NCBI GenBank assembly: GCA_028534125.1
Contig: CM052817.1
Span: 91,328,001 to 91,392,000 of the forward strand
Reading direction: 5' to 3'
Source: Lama glama
Lineage: Eukaryota
DNA length: 64,000 nucleotides
The notes under the pieces are model-generated. The model saw only the letters and a program-made list of their open reading frames with translations. It was not told the origin of the DNA and made no database searches. Below are positions 36,061-50,386 of this stretch, piece after piece (the first letter of the stretch is position 1; each line of letters starts with the position of its first letter). The translations under genes were made by a program, and so were the position numbers.

Positions 36061-37659
36061 ATTCTTGGCATTCTTTTGGACTAAAGAATTTATGTAATAT
36101 TCAAACATTACACATTAAACAGGATACTGCAAACAGCATCCTTTCCGGAGCAGTATTTCTAATCCCCTATTTCCTGTAAAATAACCTATCACTTAAAGGA
36201 ACCATTACCCACTTTGATATTTGTAATGAATTAATCAGTATTACTGCATCTCGGTGACAATAACATGGCATATTAAGCAGCATACAACAACATTTGATTT
36301 GTATTGTTAGGAACAGATCTCATCTGCTGGGTCAAATCATTCCTGTTCAGCTACCACGAGAGGAAATATACCTCCCCTACTGTCAGTTGAAAGTAAGCTG
36401 GAAAGTCCCAGGTAGAAAGTCCCAGTGGTAAATAACATTAGTGTTCCCAATTTTTCACTGCTCTGTGGAGGCCCTTTGAAATGTGGCCTTGTAGTTCTCA
36501 TTAGAGACAGAATGTTTCTCCATTCCACTGATGTTGGACTTAGATCATTCCACTTGCTTTTGGCCAAAGAAGTATGGGTAACAGTGTGACAGTTCTGAGC
36601 CTGACCTTAGGAGCTATCACATGTTGCTGCTTGCCTCTCTCACACTTTCACAATGTGAAGAACGCACCTGGGTAGTCTGCTGGCAGAATGAGAGTCATGG
36701 AGTGGGTCTGAAGCATCTGTAGCAGCTTGAAGCCAGTGATCTGCAAAAAAAAAAAAGAATTGTTGTTTTAAGCACTGTGTTTTGGCCTTGACGGTGCCAA
36801 GCATGTCTCTCAGACAACTCTTTGGTAGTGGTCTTGGAAAGACATCCCTTATGGAAGCTGATAAAGTAAGAAACTCAAAAAGTTTGTAGCAAAGCATTCT
36901 AAAGACCTCAGCTTCAGTAGGAAAGGGCTGATGTGGCCAGTAGTCCTATAATGATCACAGAATAGGAGATCTTTATGTAGTAACTAGATTGCTTTTGCTC
37001 CTGTTTTTTCATATTACACAGTTAATTTCTTAATTACACAAGTGATTCATTAATATATTCTCATCAATTTTCAAATAATACAAAATACTTTTTTAACAGC
37101 CAAGTCTCCTTTCCTTCTTGACTTTTCTTTCCACCCCTCATACTCCACAAATACCCAGCCATCCCACACCTCCACTGTTCCACAAATAACCACAATTGAT
37201 AGTTTAGCATTAAACTTAGACTTTTTTTCTGTGCATTTATGTACATATATATGCATGTAAATAGATTATATATAAAGATTAGATAATATGTGGACTAGGT
37301 AGAATGCTTTTCTGTACTTCTTTTCTCTGTTTATTTTCCCTTTGTTTTCTCTAATTATCTAAGAAAGTCTCTCTATAAATGTCAGCCTGTCTTCACTGTG
37401 ATAAGCTAACCAAGGGAAGAGGTTGTCCCCACTTTTGTACTGGAATGTTAAGCGAGGGAAAGACCCTTTTGGGCCCACTTTAAGGGTGGGAGTGACAGTC
37501 AACATGAGGAACACAAGATAAGACAAAATTCTCTGAGTGGTAGCCAGTAAATCATTTTCCCCTCCCAAACTGGAAATTCTCATTCTTGGGTGAATCTTTG
37601 GACACTCTAAGTTACCGTTGATTAAATAAAGCTTATAACATTTCAAAGTGAGTAATCCT

Positions 37660-37840
37660 AGTGAGAAAAAGGGAATGCCATGCTGCCTTTTCTGACCAGC
37701 CTCGGGAGTCATACACCATCACTTAGGCCCTATTCTACTGGTTACACAAGGCACTACTAACTCAGTGTGGGAGGGCACTACACAGGGATGTGAACACCTT
37801 GATGAGGATCACTGGGGCCATGTTGGAAGCTGGGTACCAC
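37660..37840 (-). mobile_element. MaLR LTR fragment (MLT1F/G-like)
   Basis: Ends gatcactggggccatgttggaagctgggtaccaca. Confidence 0.7.
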
Positions 37841-40009
37841 AAGGGCCTTCCACAGCAGTGAATTTTGAGTGGCTAACATAGTCTTTAAACTTGTTGGATT
37901 CCCTCATTTTCAGATGGGCAAACCCCAGGTTACCAACAACTATGTAAGAACAGCCAGAAAAATCACTCTTTTTCGCCTCTCTTTAAAGAATAAGTGGTTC
38001 TGGGCAATTGTTCAGTTATATTCTGGTATTAACCTACCTTACTTGTGAACTGCTGTATCCATCCCCACCATGGCCCCTTTCTGGGCTTCTCCAAAGATAA
38101 TTATCATTCTCCCATACTCTGGGTCTGCAAAGGAACCCAGTCCCCAAACTCAAGTTTTGTTTAGGTACCATCTTGCCTTTTATGAATCAGACTCTTAAAC
38201 CTTATATATTAAACAAGTTATAAGAGGCCTGCCTGAGAAAATGATGAAAACCAAAATAATTTTGGAGGAACATGTTAAGTGTCCAGAATCCAATGAAATG
38301 ATTTTTGAGAATGAAATTTGTACCATCAAATGCAGCCAGGTAAAACAAGCAGAACATATAAAGTTTTTAATAAAGATGGGAAGTCAAATCCTCATGAATT
38401 GCATGTGTAATTTTACCATGTAATGTTTTCTAGGAAAACATTTCCTAACTCGAGTTCTTGGTGTATTTAAAAATCAGCCTTCTCTAAAATAGTGCTTTAG
38501 TTGGAAGCATTTTATTAATAACATCCATAAATGAATTACTTTTAAAGAGCATTTTATTGCTTTTTGAAAATATTTGAAGTGTTGAAGATGGATTACACTT
38601 TATTCTAGTTAGAATTTCTAATATTTTCAATGTTAAAACTAATTTTTGTAAGCAGATTTTGCCTCCTTATCCTTATTGTAAAATTAAGAGTCCAAATGAA
38701 ATGTACATGAAGACATTTTATTAATGACTTAAGATTAATCTTTACAGTTTCTGAAATTGGTTTCTTAATAAAATTCAGGATAAATGCTATAGTAGTTAAT
38801 TAAAATGCAAAGATAAATATCTTTCATGGAGAAAGATCTGAAATAAATTTCCACATCTGTGGGCTAGCTAGTTTTCAAGGACATTAAGCAATTTCTTCCG
38901 TGATACTAAGTTAAAATGAGTTATTAGAAATTTTTCTTTCCATTCATTTCCTGGATCACCCTAAACAGAAAAGCAAACCAAAGGCCTTGGTTTTCTAATT
39001 ATTTATTTGTTTTCTTCTCTGGGATTTTTTTCTACTGGGCAGCTAATCAGAGTAGGTGGCAGTGTTTTAGTAATAGTAAATAGTAACAGTAGTGATGACG
39101 ATATTGGTCCCTATTAATATACAGCTGGATACTTGTGTTCATCAGTCTTATGAGTTCTGTATAATTATCCTATCCTACAATTCATATTGAAGGTATGAAA
39201 GGTTAAGCCACTTGTTCAAAGTTACACAGTAGACAGTGGAGCTGGGGATTGAATCCTTCTCCAGAGCATGTGCTCTTGACCACTGGTACATCTAAAATGC
39301 AGCCTTGTTTCAACTGTTCATGACCAAACATCAAGGATGAAAAGTATTGCCTTCTGTTTTAGCCTTGATACCAGCCTCTTGTCTTTTCCCCAAATTTCAT
39401 GGGGCACTGCTGCCACCTTGCAGTCCTATTCATCTCTTGTTTGTTTGGTATCCCTGTTCTGCCTAACATAGCAGGCACTGCTGCAGATGGTTGAATATTT
39501 CTGGCCACGTTCCCTATCTCTGTCTCTCCAGACACTCCCTTTTCCACCGGTTGCCAACATATTCCCTCTACTCCAGCCTGTGGCTGTTCTTCCTGTCTGC
39601 CTCATTGTGTCTGAGTAGACTTTCCGTATCTGCTGATGACACTGACTGCTATGCAAAAAGAGAGATTTCAGGCCAGTATAAGAAGCCAATCAATATGGAG
39701 GACAGAAGTTCACAGAACCATAATTAAAATGTGAATACCAGACAGAAAAAAATGGAATAAATGAAAAGTGCTGAGATTGTTAAAATACTGTAAATCAATA
39801 TAAAAGGCTGGAAACTCCCATAATTTTAAGGGGAGAGGGAAATAAAAATAGTTCTTTGGTTCAAATTAATATTCAAGAATCCAGGAATAGGTATAGTAAT
39901 TGATAATATCTGTACTTATATGTCATCAGAGTCCTACATACCGAGAAAATGCTTTTGAACTTTAGCATCATCTTAATAGTGCTGATCGAATGTGTATTTT
40001 CTTTTAATC

Positions 40010-40185
40010 TTTCCTTTTCATCCTCATAACAACCCAGTCAGGAAGGTATTGTTATCATTTTGCAGAGTATGAAACTTAGGCAACTGAAGGGGTAGAACAA
40101 CTTTTCCAAGACCACCAGCAAGTGAATAGTGGAGCCAGGCAGGAAAACCAAGCCGACTGGTTCCAGACTCCATGCTCTCAGCACT
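40010..40185 (-). mobile_element. MIR fragment (further MIR pieces near 21930-22280, 39080-39285, 40745-40850, 46270-46545, 55390-55510)
   Basis: tcatcctcataacaaccc...attttgcagagtatgaaact...ccagactccatgctct. Confidence 0.65.
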
Positions 40186-40321
40186 CCGCCCAGCTTCCTC
40201 CTGCTGCTCCTCATTGTCAGCTCCAAGGCTGAAGGCGTGGTCAGGCCGGCTTCTCCCTGTCTTGTGCTCTCCTGTGATTTGAGGTAGATGAAGGAGCCCA
40301 GTCCTCAATTCAGCAAGCTTA

Positions 40322-40466
40322 GGCGAGAGGTAGAGCTCAATGGTAGAGTGCTTAGCATGCACGATGAGGCCCTGGGTTCAATCCCCAGTACCTTCATTTA
40401 AAAAAAAAATGAATAAATAAATAAACCTAATGACTTCCCTAACCCCCCGAAATTAAAAAAAAAAAG
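40322..40466 (+). mobile_element. tRNA-derived SINE (Vic-1-like)
   Basis: A/B boxes, tail, TSD caattcaRcaagcYta. Confidence 0.9.
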
Positions 40467-41371
40467 CAATTCAACAAGCCTAAAAGAGGCTTATATTCTA
40501 CTAGAGAATTCTAGACCCCACTTACAAAGTCTGCATTTTTATTTGGTTACCTGAGCAGAGAAAGAAAATTAATAGGTTAACAAGGATTAATTCTATTATT
40601 ACCCAGGATGACCGAGAAGAAAGTAGGTCCCTTTGTGATCAGTACAAACTAGAGAAGTAAGCTTCAACAGATAGAAGAGTCAAGGTTGGAGTCCCCAACC
40701 TCCAGCTTTTAGTCTCTTCAATCTGCCAGAAATAATATATATTTACTCTAACCCAATTGTCCTACAATTGAGGACATGGAGGCCTAAAAAATTAAGTGAC
40801 TTACTTTTGTTAATGCAGCTTAGCAGAGTTGGAATTGGAATCCAGGTTTTCTTATTTTTATAAGCTTCCTTTTTGAGGTCATTGAAGTGGCAGCTGGAGA
40901 AGAGGAAGGTCTTTGGAAGTGTTGATGCCATTTAGCCTAGTGGAGGGAGTTTAGCAACAACAGGATCCCTTTAATTGATTCGGTAGGGCCGGGCAGGAGA
41001 GGGCGGGACCGGAGTGAGATGGTTGGAGCCAGGAAGCCAGATATAGAATGGCAGAGACAGGCTGGAATCTAGTGAGGCAGGGAGAGAGCAGGGAAATTAG
41101 GGAGCTAAGGCAAATCTCAGGAAAGAGCTAAAATTGGTTAGGCAAACTCTGGACTCAAAGTAGACAATTACCTACTTTATAATGTTATCTATAGCTAGTT
41201 ATATCCATATCTTCTAATTATTTTGCTTTTCAGTTTTTCTCTCTTGATGTCCTGCATATTTTTATAAGATGGTTTACATTTATTGTAAGCCAATTTTGGA
41301 ATTTTTGCAGCACTTGTATGATGGAAAATGTAATTATTTTTATATTGTTCTATTGAAATTTTCAGCCTTTA

Positions 41372-41512
41372 ATTTTTTTTTTAACTATTTTATTTGGGAG
41401 AGGAGTAATTAGATTTATTTATTTATTTATTTATTAATGAAGGCACTGGGGATTGAACTCAGGACTTCGTTGTGCTAAGCATGCACTCTACCACTGAGCT
41501 GTACCCTCCCCC
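41372..41512 (-). mobile_element. tRNA-derived SINE (Vic-1-like)
   Basis: Reverse complement of the same family (ctctaccactgagctgtaccctcccc). Confidence 0.9.
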
Positions 41513-42982
41513 TTCCCTGTCTTTAATATTTTTAATTTGCCATTAGGCCAAAGAGCCCTTCAACCATTAATGTAATACTTCTGAAGTAGAAAGGATTTAG
41601 ATACTAGGGCAAAGGCAGTAAACGCTGCTTCTCAGGCCTTGAAGTACTGAATTTTCAAATGACAGCACGCTGAGAAGAGCAAGGGACAGATCTGTATTGA
41701 AGTAATATGTACATCTGGTTATCAGACCAAATGAATAGTGCAGAGTTTTCTGAGGGTAAAATTTTCAAATGGCAACAGTAGTTTTTCTCTAGATGGTCTG
41801 GATATCTTGAAAGGAGATTAATGAATAGTTCACAGGAGTGTGGTATATATGCGATTGACTTTGTGGAACCCTCTCCCCACAAAAACATCTTAGCCAGGAT
41901 CCTGTTTTCCAAAAGTAGGTTTTGTGGATAAGGTAAATAAATGGTATAAGGGATGAAAAAAAAATGGGATAAGAAAGCAGGAGTCTTTTTGTATGTAGGT
42001 ATATTAGTTGTTTCTAATTCTTCCAGGAAAAACATTTCAAAAGATCTGATTTGAGAAAAAGAGAGAAGAAAAATTAAAAGAAATATACATATATTTGTCA
42101 GAGCCTTAGGCCATATGCTAGGTAACAAACACTGTTTTTTATTATTTTAATTTTAGAACTTATAAAGTTGACATCAGTCAGAAATGATAGTATTATGAAG
42201 GTAGCATATGAAAAAACCTTGAAGTGTTACAGAGAGATAAAATGTTCTTTTAAAAATGTCCTCACAGATAACAAATGAGCATTGAAAGGAATATGGCCTC
42301 ACTTAGCCAAATATAACTCAAAGCCTCCAAAGATTAGCTCAAGAAAGCAAATTTCCAGATTGGAAAGGGCTTCTGATTTACCTGCCACTACTCAGAGAAG
42401 GTAGTCTTCCCTGTGACCTCACCTTGAGTGTCACTCCCACCAGCTAACTGGGCCGTAAAGGGTGCACCCCCACTTAAGACTCTTCTTTTACTCCCCATTC
42501 CAATCTTGTCAGTTGTGAGGGTCTCTAGCTTTTCCTTCTGTTCTCATCAACTTTCATTCCTGTTCAGAACCTTTATTGTTCAACCTCGAGGGGAGGTCTT
42601 TGGGGTTTGACCAGCTTGGTGAGCCGATTCATTCTCTTGACAACCAGGCCCTGGTCCTGCCCCAAGTAGCCGTGCTTGTACCATGTGACTTTGCTCTCTT
42701 TGGCTCTCATTGACTGATTTATCAGCAAGGTACACCCCACCTAAATTGGACCTATCATATCTGTTCTTTCAGGAATTTGGAATTGGGACCAACAGGCCAC
42801 CTACGGTCTCTTACTCTGTGTGCATCCTTGTATGTATATGCTGGTAGCTGTGAGAGAGCTATATAGAAACTGAGAGCCGGGAAAGCCCTTCAGCTATGGC
42901 TCAGCCACCAGGAGAAGCAAACAGCAGACAGCAGGCAGGAAATGTGTGGGTTCCTGGTAGCCATCTGGATCCACACCATTCC

Positions 42983-44250
42983 AGTGGCTGGCGGTGAATC
43001 CAACTTTTGTAGGGCCTGATGCTTATATAATTTGGGGGACCCTCTGTAAAATAGAAAATTATGAATACAAAATTAGGTATGAATATAAATACTTATTTAA
43101 ATGGGAAATAAATCACAAAAAATGACAGATTTTAAAAAACTGACCAATACCTCAAAAATTACAAAATCCAGAATAAAGTATACTATACTATTTTTAATTA
43201 ATCAACTACCTGACTTGCCTCTAAAATAATTTTCCTACATTCATTGGCTATATACTCTCTCATTTCTTCATGTGATGATTTTGCAATATTATTTTCTATA
43301 GAAAGAATAGAAAGATAATTTTTTCCTCCCTTAGAATATTAAAATTTGGTTTTTATTCCTGATACTTAGTAAAGTTTCTATCAGCCTCCTATCTTGTTAT
43401 CAATAATGTCTTATAAGTTTTAGGATAATTATCAATTTGCAGGAACTTCTGTCACATTTCTTTCATATAGATTTAAAATTTCAGCTCATTGCAGTTTTCT
43501 TATACAGTGACTAATCTTAGATATTTGATTTGAAGACACTCATTAGGGGAGGGGAGTGGGTGTAGCCCAGTGGTAGAGCGCATGCTTAGCATGCACGAGG
43601 TCCTTGGTCAATTCCCAGTACCTTCATTTAAAAACAATATTTTTTTAAAGAAAACTCTTATTAATTAGTTACTATTTGATGTTCAGTGAGTAATGATGAT
43701 GAGTCTTATGTTATCTCTGGATGTCACTGATGCCAAATCAGCCAGATATTTACATCTTTTGCCAGTGTGTTCCTCTAATTCATTCCTCTTTATCAGTTGG
43801 GTATGAAATAACCCAGAGATTCCTCATTTATTTTCAAATTTATCTTTTCCTTTCAATGTTTGCTTTGGTACGATCTGAAATTATGATCTTGAATTTCTAT
43901 TTTTGATGTGACCATCACCTTTATCACTTTTATTTCATAGTCCTTTAATTTTTATCTAAATAAAAAATATGTATTCAAAAACAAATAAACAAATAAATAA
44001 AATTTTAATTGATAAGAAGGTACCCTTCATATCTATTCAAATCAGGAATCTAGTTCTTATTTGTTTCCTTGAATGTTCCAAAATGTTTTTTCAAATTACA
44101 GCTAAAATGCACATTCAAGCTTTATCAACCTTTTGAATAAATATTTTACATCTTGTTTGTATATGAGTTTCTCTTCTGAATTTTCAAAAAATGTGTTTTA
44201 GAATCCTCAACTTGTCATTATGCCCATGCTGCAAAGCTTGAATAGTTTTA
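42983..44250. mobile_element. hAT-Tip100 (Zaphod-like) DNA transposon remnant, apparently splitting an old LTR (~42650-42980 and ~44690-44795)
   Basis: gaatccaacttttgtagggcctgatgcttatataatttgggggaccctc start followed by AT-rich internal sequence. Right end uncertain. Confidence 0.55.
43546..43650 (+). mobile_element. tRNA-derived SINE, short form, inserted in a hAT transposon
   Basis: A/B boxes; gcatgcttagcatgcacgaggtcc core. Confidence 0.88.
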
Positions 44251-44966
44251 CAATGGACAGACTATCTTGTTATGTGGAGATCCTGAAGAGAAGTCCAAGG
44301 TGGCATCAGTGTTTAAATGCTCCATCTAAGGATTAGAGATGGTTCATCTGACATATGAACCTGAAAAGAAAACATGTAACTGTTGGCAAAATACTGAAGC
44401 AGTCCACAACTTTAAGCTTGCCAGAGGCAACTTTCCCCAATTCCAAGTCTCTCCCTAGAGAAAAAATAGCCAGTAATGGCTGGTGCAGACTCCAGGAATG
44501 AGTGAGTAGAAAAGACAGTGATCTTAACCAACTGTGGTTACAATGTCTTACTTTAACAAATTTTACAAAAACACTTGACCATGCAAAGTATATTGCTGGG
44601 GCCTCTTGTGGGTTCTCTATAGCAGTCAGTTTAAGTAAGAGTCCCTGAACTTGGTTTATTAACATGAAACTCAGCTGTCCACTTGCTTCAAGTTTCTCTG
44701 AATCACTTCTGTTCAGTTGTAAAATACTTTTTTTTTTCAGCTTAGGCTACATCAAGTTGGTTCCCATCTTTTGCAAGCCAAGTATCTCATACAAGACTCA
44801 TATTTTTCCCAGATTACTACATTAGATCTGTAACTGGTATGCCTAGTACTGTTCCCGATTCCACTTGGTTTTTCACACCCCTGCCAGATGAAGCTCCCTA
44901 TGGCATAGTTCCGATGATGTCATTACTCAGAACCTCTGAGTACAAAGTCCTCAACTTAGCATTGGA

Positions 44967-45488
44967 TGTGATGGGGTTCAGGACACACTGCCCCAGAATG
45001 TGGTACCTTGGCATATTGAGTGTTTTAAGTTGAAGGAGTTTGATTAAATAGCAGAAGCAAAAAGGTCACTCTGACTCCCTCTCACCTACCCCTTCTTTCC
45101 TTCCATAAAACCCTCCTGTGAGAGGTGCCCTCTCTGTACCTGTAGGAAATGAGCATCCTTATCTCCAAACACAAAGGGACACCAAGAGGAGTACCAAGAC
45201 ACCAAGAGGTCTTGCTAGGTTTCCCCCAGTTTACAACAATTACCTCCCATTCCTTAACCTATCACACTCCTCCACAACTGTCCACTCTCCACCCAACCTA
45301 AAGTAAAAGCATACAGATCTGACTGTTTCTTTGAGTCTTCATTTCTGTATGAAAGCTCCCATGTCCTATAAAACTTATATTAAACAAATATGTATACTTT
45401 CCCTCTCTTAATCTATCTTTGTCAGTTTACTTCTCAGACCAAGCCAGGGACCCTTAGAGGGCAGAGGAAAACTTTTCCCTCCCCTACA
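44967..45488 (+). mobile_element. ERV1 solo LTR (MER34-like)
   Basis: TG...CA ends; tgtgatggggttcaggacac...ttggcatattgagtgttttaag; ttttccctcccctaca end. Confidence 0.8.
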
Positions 45489-46635
45489 AAGGCCTCTGTG
45501 CAATGACCCACTGCCATCTCTTCAGGCTTAGTTCCCACCACCTTCCTTGATGGAGTCCTGGCACCAGCCACAACGGGCTGCCCAGGATCCTGCCCTGAAC
45601 TGTCCCACCCCTCTGCCTTCGCCCTGGACTCTCCTCCTATATGAACTCCTTCTCTTGCTCTGGCTGTCAGAGCTACCGATCTTTCAGGATCTGCCTCAAA
45701 TATCCTCTCTGCCCTGAAGTTTTTCCTGAGTTCCCAACAAACCTCCATCCCCCAAACTAAGTACAATTTTTGCCCCACTTTGACTCACCATAGCTTTTGA
45801 TTCTTACTTTGTCAATGATGTTATATTTGGCCTCAGTTTATATCATTGTATACTGTAGCCTTACATGTTTCACAAAGGTTAGGCTCCAAATTCAGCGAGC
45901 AAGGGGGAAAAAAGTTATTGTCTAAAAACTCCCCAGAAATTTCTTAAGAAGATGCCAATTCAGAGAACAGTTGCTCTCCCTAGGTCTACGTCATTGTCCT
46001 TCAGCATCAGAAAACATCTCTGTTGCCCTCAAGATGAAATGAATTGACCTGCAGGGAGGGACCCCATAGGCAACTACAAAGCTAAAATCACCCTCAGCTT
46101 GGCCAAATATGAGAGTTGCAGGAACTGAGCAAGATAGTTCTTCATTCCACTCCCTCCAAAGCATGTGACAACTGAGTAGAATGAGAAGAGGAACTGCCCT
46201 CCCCATTTAAATTCTTCTCTTGGTCTCAGTGCATATGGTTGACCTCATATAAATTAAATGCACAGATGATAGGATTTTGATTTCTGACCCCACCACTTAC
46301 TAGATAGGTAACCATGGCCAAGTTATTTAATCACTTATTTTCTCTACACCTCAGTTTACATCTGCAAAAAGGAAGAGTAGTAAGGCCTAATTAACAAGCT
46401 TGTTGTAAGGGTTGAAATTAGTTAGCCTGTAAAATAATACTGTTTACTTTCTAGTTTTTTAACAAAAATTAATAAGCCTATATATAGAAAGCACATAGAA
46501 AAGTGTCTTGGCACGTATTAGTGCTCAATAAATATTACCTATTATTTCTTCTCTGTCTTTTCTCATCTGCTTGTAAAGGACTAACTAAGACACACTTAGT
46601 GCCTATCACAGAGTATGTACTCCATAAGGGTTGGC

Positions 46636-46686
46636 TATTATTATTATTGTTATTATTATTATCATCATCATCATCATCATCATCAT
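46636..46686. repeat. Compound microsatellite (TAT)n(CAT)n
   Basis: Directly visible; it produces the poly-L/S/H runs in the overlapping spurious ORFs. Confidence 0.95.
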
Positions 46687-49600
46687 TCCACTACTGTGTC
46701 CTCCCTATTGCAAGTTTTTTGGGGGCAGGGACATTATCTTACACAACATTGTGTGCTTGCAGTGACTCAGATAGTGCTTGGAACATATGAGTCACTCAAA
46801 AAATAATCAAAAATCAAGTAATGTTTTCCCCCTCCAAAACATTGTTACATTGATTTTAATTTTTACAAGTTCATAAATAAAAGGAATGTATATTCATGAA
46901 TACCTGAATAACTTTCCTCCCCTCTTAAACTGTCTTTACCATCTTCCGCAAAATTCTTCTTTGCAAGAACTCCCCCAGGTGACACTGAATAACTTCCTGA
47001 ATAGGAGTTATTCAAGTACCAGAGTTGGACTGAATTGCTTGGTGGTAAATGTTGACTTTGGCTTCTCTGAGTTTTACTAAGGACATTTGTATATAAAAAC
47101 TGATCTTTAAAGCTAGTAATTCATGGTCTATGGTTTGAAACTACCTTGGAAATGATGCCAGGACACCAAGAAATATATAACTCTAGATTTGTACCTGATT
47201 ACAAATTTTTTTGTATGTTTGGTCTCCTGTTTTTTAAATCAAGACAGTGATACCTAGTGACCTCAAAAACTTGGTAACAAACAGTAATAATAAATACAAT
47301 GCTTAGGAAGTTAGTATGACTGGAGTCTATTAGTTAAAAGACTCCATTGTCAGAGATGTTTTTTTCATATAAGTGCTTATTTAGGAAGGTTTTTCCCTTT
47401 CTACAGCTCACATCTTTCAAAGGGACCACACAGAAGAGAGGGAAAGGGAGACTTTCAGACAGCATCATATTGAAACACCCTTTCCAATCAATGAGATGAC
47501 AGTGGTGTCAGCCAGACGGAGCTCTGTTACCCAGATAGGTGTCAAATACTCCTCTTTCTTACTTTAAGAAATGGAGAATTGTTATCCTCCTAACAACAGG
47601 TGTGATCTTTTCTCTTAGGAATAAGACCCACTTCTCTTGGGAAAATTCCACGGTTAGCCTGCTTAGAAGCTGAGACCTCAATGTGAAGAAGAACTGTCCA
47701 GCCTTGAACAAGGAGAGGGATTTGTCGGCTGCTCTGGAGAGGCAGTGGGTGGAGGTGGAGCTTTTGAGATGGTAGAACATTAGCTGTGCCCTGTGAGATG
47801 CATCCATCCAGCAGCCCCACAAATTCTTGGCAAGGTTATTAACCTCACAGAGAGCTTGGCAGATATGGAATCCAGTGAAAACAGTGAGGAAAGTGATCCT
47901 AAGTTCCATCTTTGCCTAAGGCAGGGCCACAGCTTCGAAGGATTCACAGAAATCTCACAGCAGGATCTGGACTCTCACAGTCCATGAAGTACATGGGTGC
48001 TGGCATCAAGTTTTCCTAAATCTCTGAAGGGTGGGAAAGCTCCAGTCCCATCTGGTTTACATTGGTGGTAGTATTAAGACTCTTTAAACAAATTGGAGGG
48101 AAAATAAGAAATAAACATTTTTTTAAGTACTTTTAAGTGAAACTGTAGAGCCTTTTGCCTATAGGCAGACCACTTTCACCATTAGAGCTGGAATACTTTC
48201 TTGCTATTTTGAGCAAAACTACTTAAAAATGGAGGTTGCTTTACTTTCTTGTAACACCCACTTGTATCCTATCTAGAAATTAGGGGTCATCAAAACAGAA
48301 ATACAAATTTTATCCTTTCTTATCTGAAGATTTAATTTTTTAGAATAAACTTGGCTTTTTTCTTATTACAAAAATAACACATGGCCATTTTTTTTTTGAA
48401 GTTTTAAAGCACAAGAAAATAAAGCCACATCTCTTAAAATTATAAAATAAATTGATGCAAGCCTCTGTTAAATGTAAAGCTCAATTCTCAGTATGGTATG
48501 GATCACATATGCTGAGAGTGAATTAGAGGTGAAGGTTACGGAAGTGTCATTGTTGCTTTGGGAAAAAAGATAAAAGAAGAAAGAACTTTGCCCTTTACCC
48601 ATTGAATTATCTGGACTCTTGATGGCACATGTCAGAAACTGACTTGAGTCAGCTTAGCCAAATATGGCAATAAATTTATTGGTTCATGTATTCAAATCAT
48701 AGGAAAGGCAAGGACAATTGTAACAAGACCTCTCACTTTCAGGATGCTTCTTCTCTATCTTCTCTGCTTCTCTTACTAGTTTGGGTTTATTCTCTCAAGC
48801 CAGCTGCTACATGAAAGATACTGTGGCCTTCAGGCTCACATCCTCACCATGCCCATGGGCCTCATAGATAGAGTGAGAGTGGAGCAATTCTTACAAATAT
48901 CAGGAGTGTTATTTCCAGAAGAATAGAAAAATGTCAGAAGAAAAAAATTCAGTATAGTTTATTCCTTTATTGGCTGCAACCTCCCCTGCCACACACACTC
49001 ATAAGCATACTCTTCTTCCCATACACATGATTCCAAAAGAATCCTTGCCTCAGCACTCTGCAGCCGCTTGTATCCTTGTCCCAGCTCCAAGGTCGCTGTG
49101 TCATTTCAGTTCATGATCAAGATGGATGGGGGACTCATTTCCTTACAGCTTACAAATAAACAATAAATATAAATATCCCCAATGCACCTAAGTGTACAAT
49201 GATGGAGAAAAAAATAAGACAAACATTCCTTCAAAAGGAATGTTCAAATGAGGGAAAACGGAGAAAGCAACACTCAGGGCACAGACCACTTCTTCCTGGA
49301 AAGGGGTAGCAAGTCTTTGTGGACTCAGAGCATTGAATCTTGGAGGGAGCTTTGCAGAAGGTACTACTAAGACTCTGTCTACAAATATCCTAGTTGAATG
49401 GGCAGAATTATACATTTATAGCTAAGGTACAACTGCTGCAGTTTCCATGCAGTAGCTTTGTGAGCCTAAAATTTTGCCAGTGTTGCTTGGACATTATTGA
49501 ACCCAGTGGCATTTAAATTGAATGGCAACTAGAAAAAGAAAGAAAGGTGAAATATATACGTATATCAAATCACTATATTGTACACCTTAAAATTGTGCAA

Positions 49601-50257
49601 TGTTGTATGTCAATTATATTACAATAAAACTGGAAAAATAGAACCAAAAATAAATTAAAAGAAGAAAAGAAAGAAAGAAGGAAAAGAAGGAAGGAAAGAC
49701 CTGCAAAAGGAAAGAAGCTCTTGCTGTCTTTTACAGTAGGCATTTACACCTTATTGTTACACTGAATGCGGGATTTTAGGCAGATCTGAGGGTAAAAAAA
49801 GCTCCTAGAGGAGGAGTGGGGCATCCTTCTCTTTATTAAGGAGAATCTTTAGCCAAAATTTAAAAACCTTTACTTTTATGAAGTAACAAATATAAAAAAA
49901 CTCATTGATAAGTATGAATATGTCTGACAAAGAAAGCAAATCCATGAAAGGGCCAGTATCTAAAGTACATCTTAGAAAAAAAGGAGACATGTTAACGTGG
50001 CAGCAAGGACAAGAAGATGAACAGTACAGTAGATTAATTAGGTTCCAGCCTGACCTTTCTGGTATTTAGATTTAAGTCCGATGGATCCCTCAAGCAAGCC
50101 GAAGTAGCGGGAGACCATATGTAAGCCAGCTATCCCTGCTGTGATGTAACTATGCTGCATTGACTTTTGGGTGTGACCAAACTAAAGGACTGGGGTGGGG
50201 GTGGGAGAGGCAACTACCAATGCTTCCTCAGTAAACAAGCATGTTAAATAATTTCTT

Positions 50258-50386
50258 TTGGTGGGCGAAGGGAGGTAATTAGGTTTATCTATTTATTTTT
50301 CTTAATGGAGGTACTGAGGATTGAATCCAGGACCTCATACATGCTAGGCTTGTACTCTGCCACTGAGCTATATATACCCTTCCCCC
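50258..50386 (-). mobile_element. tRNA-derived SINE (Vic-1-like)
   Basis: Reverse-strand copy with TSD ataatttctt. Confidence 0.9.

Noticed and set aside
41655..42128. 157-aa minus-strand ORF in upstream DNA
   Set aside because: TTG start, AT-rich composition, no recognisable homology or splice context.
46503..46806. ORFs with poly-Leu/Ser and poly-Tyr/His runs
   Set aside because: These are translations of the (TAT)n(CAT)n microsatellite and adjacent MIR/L2 sequence.
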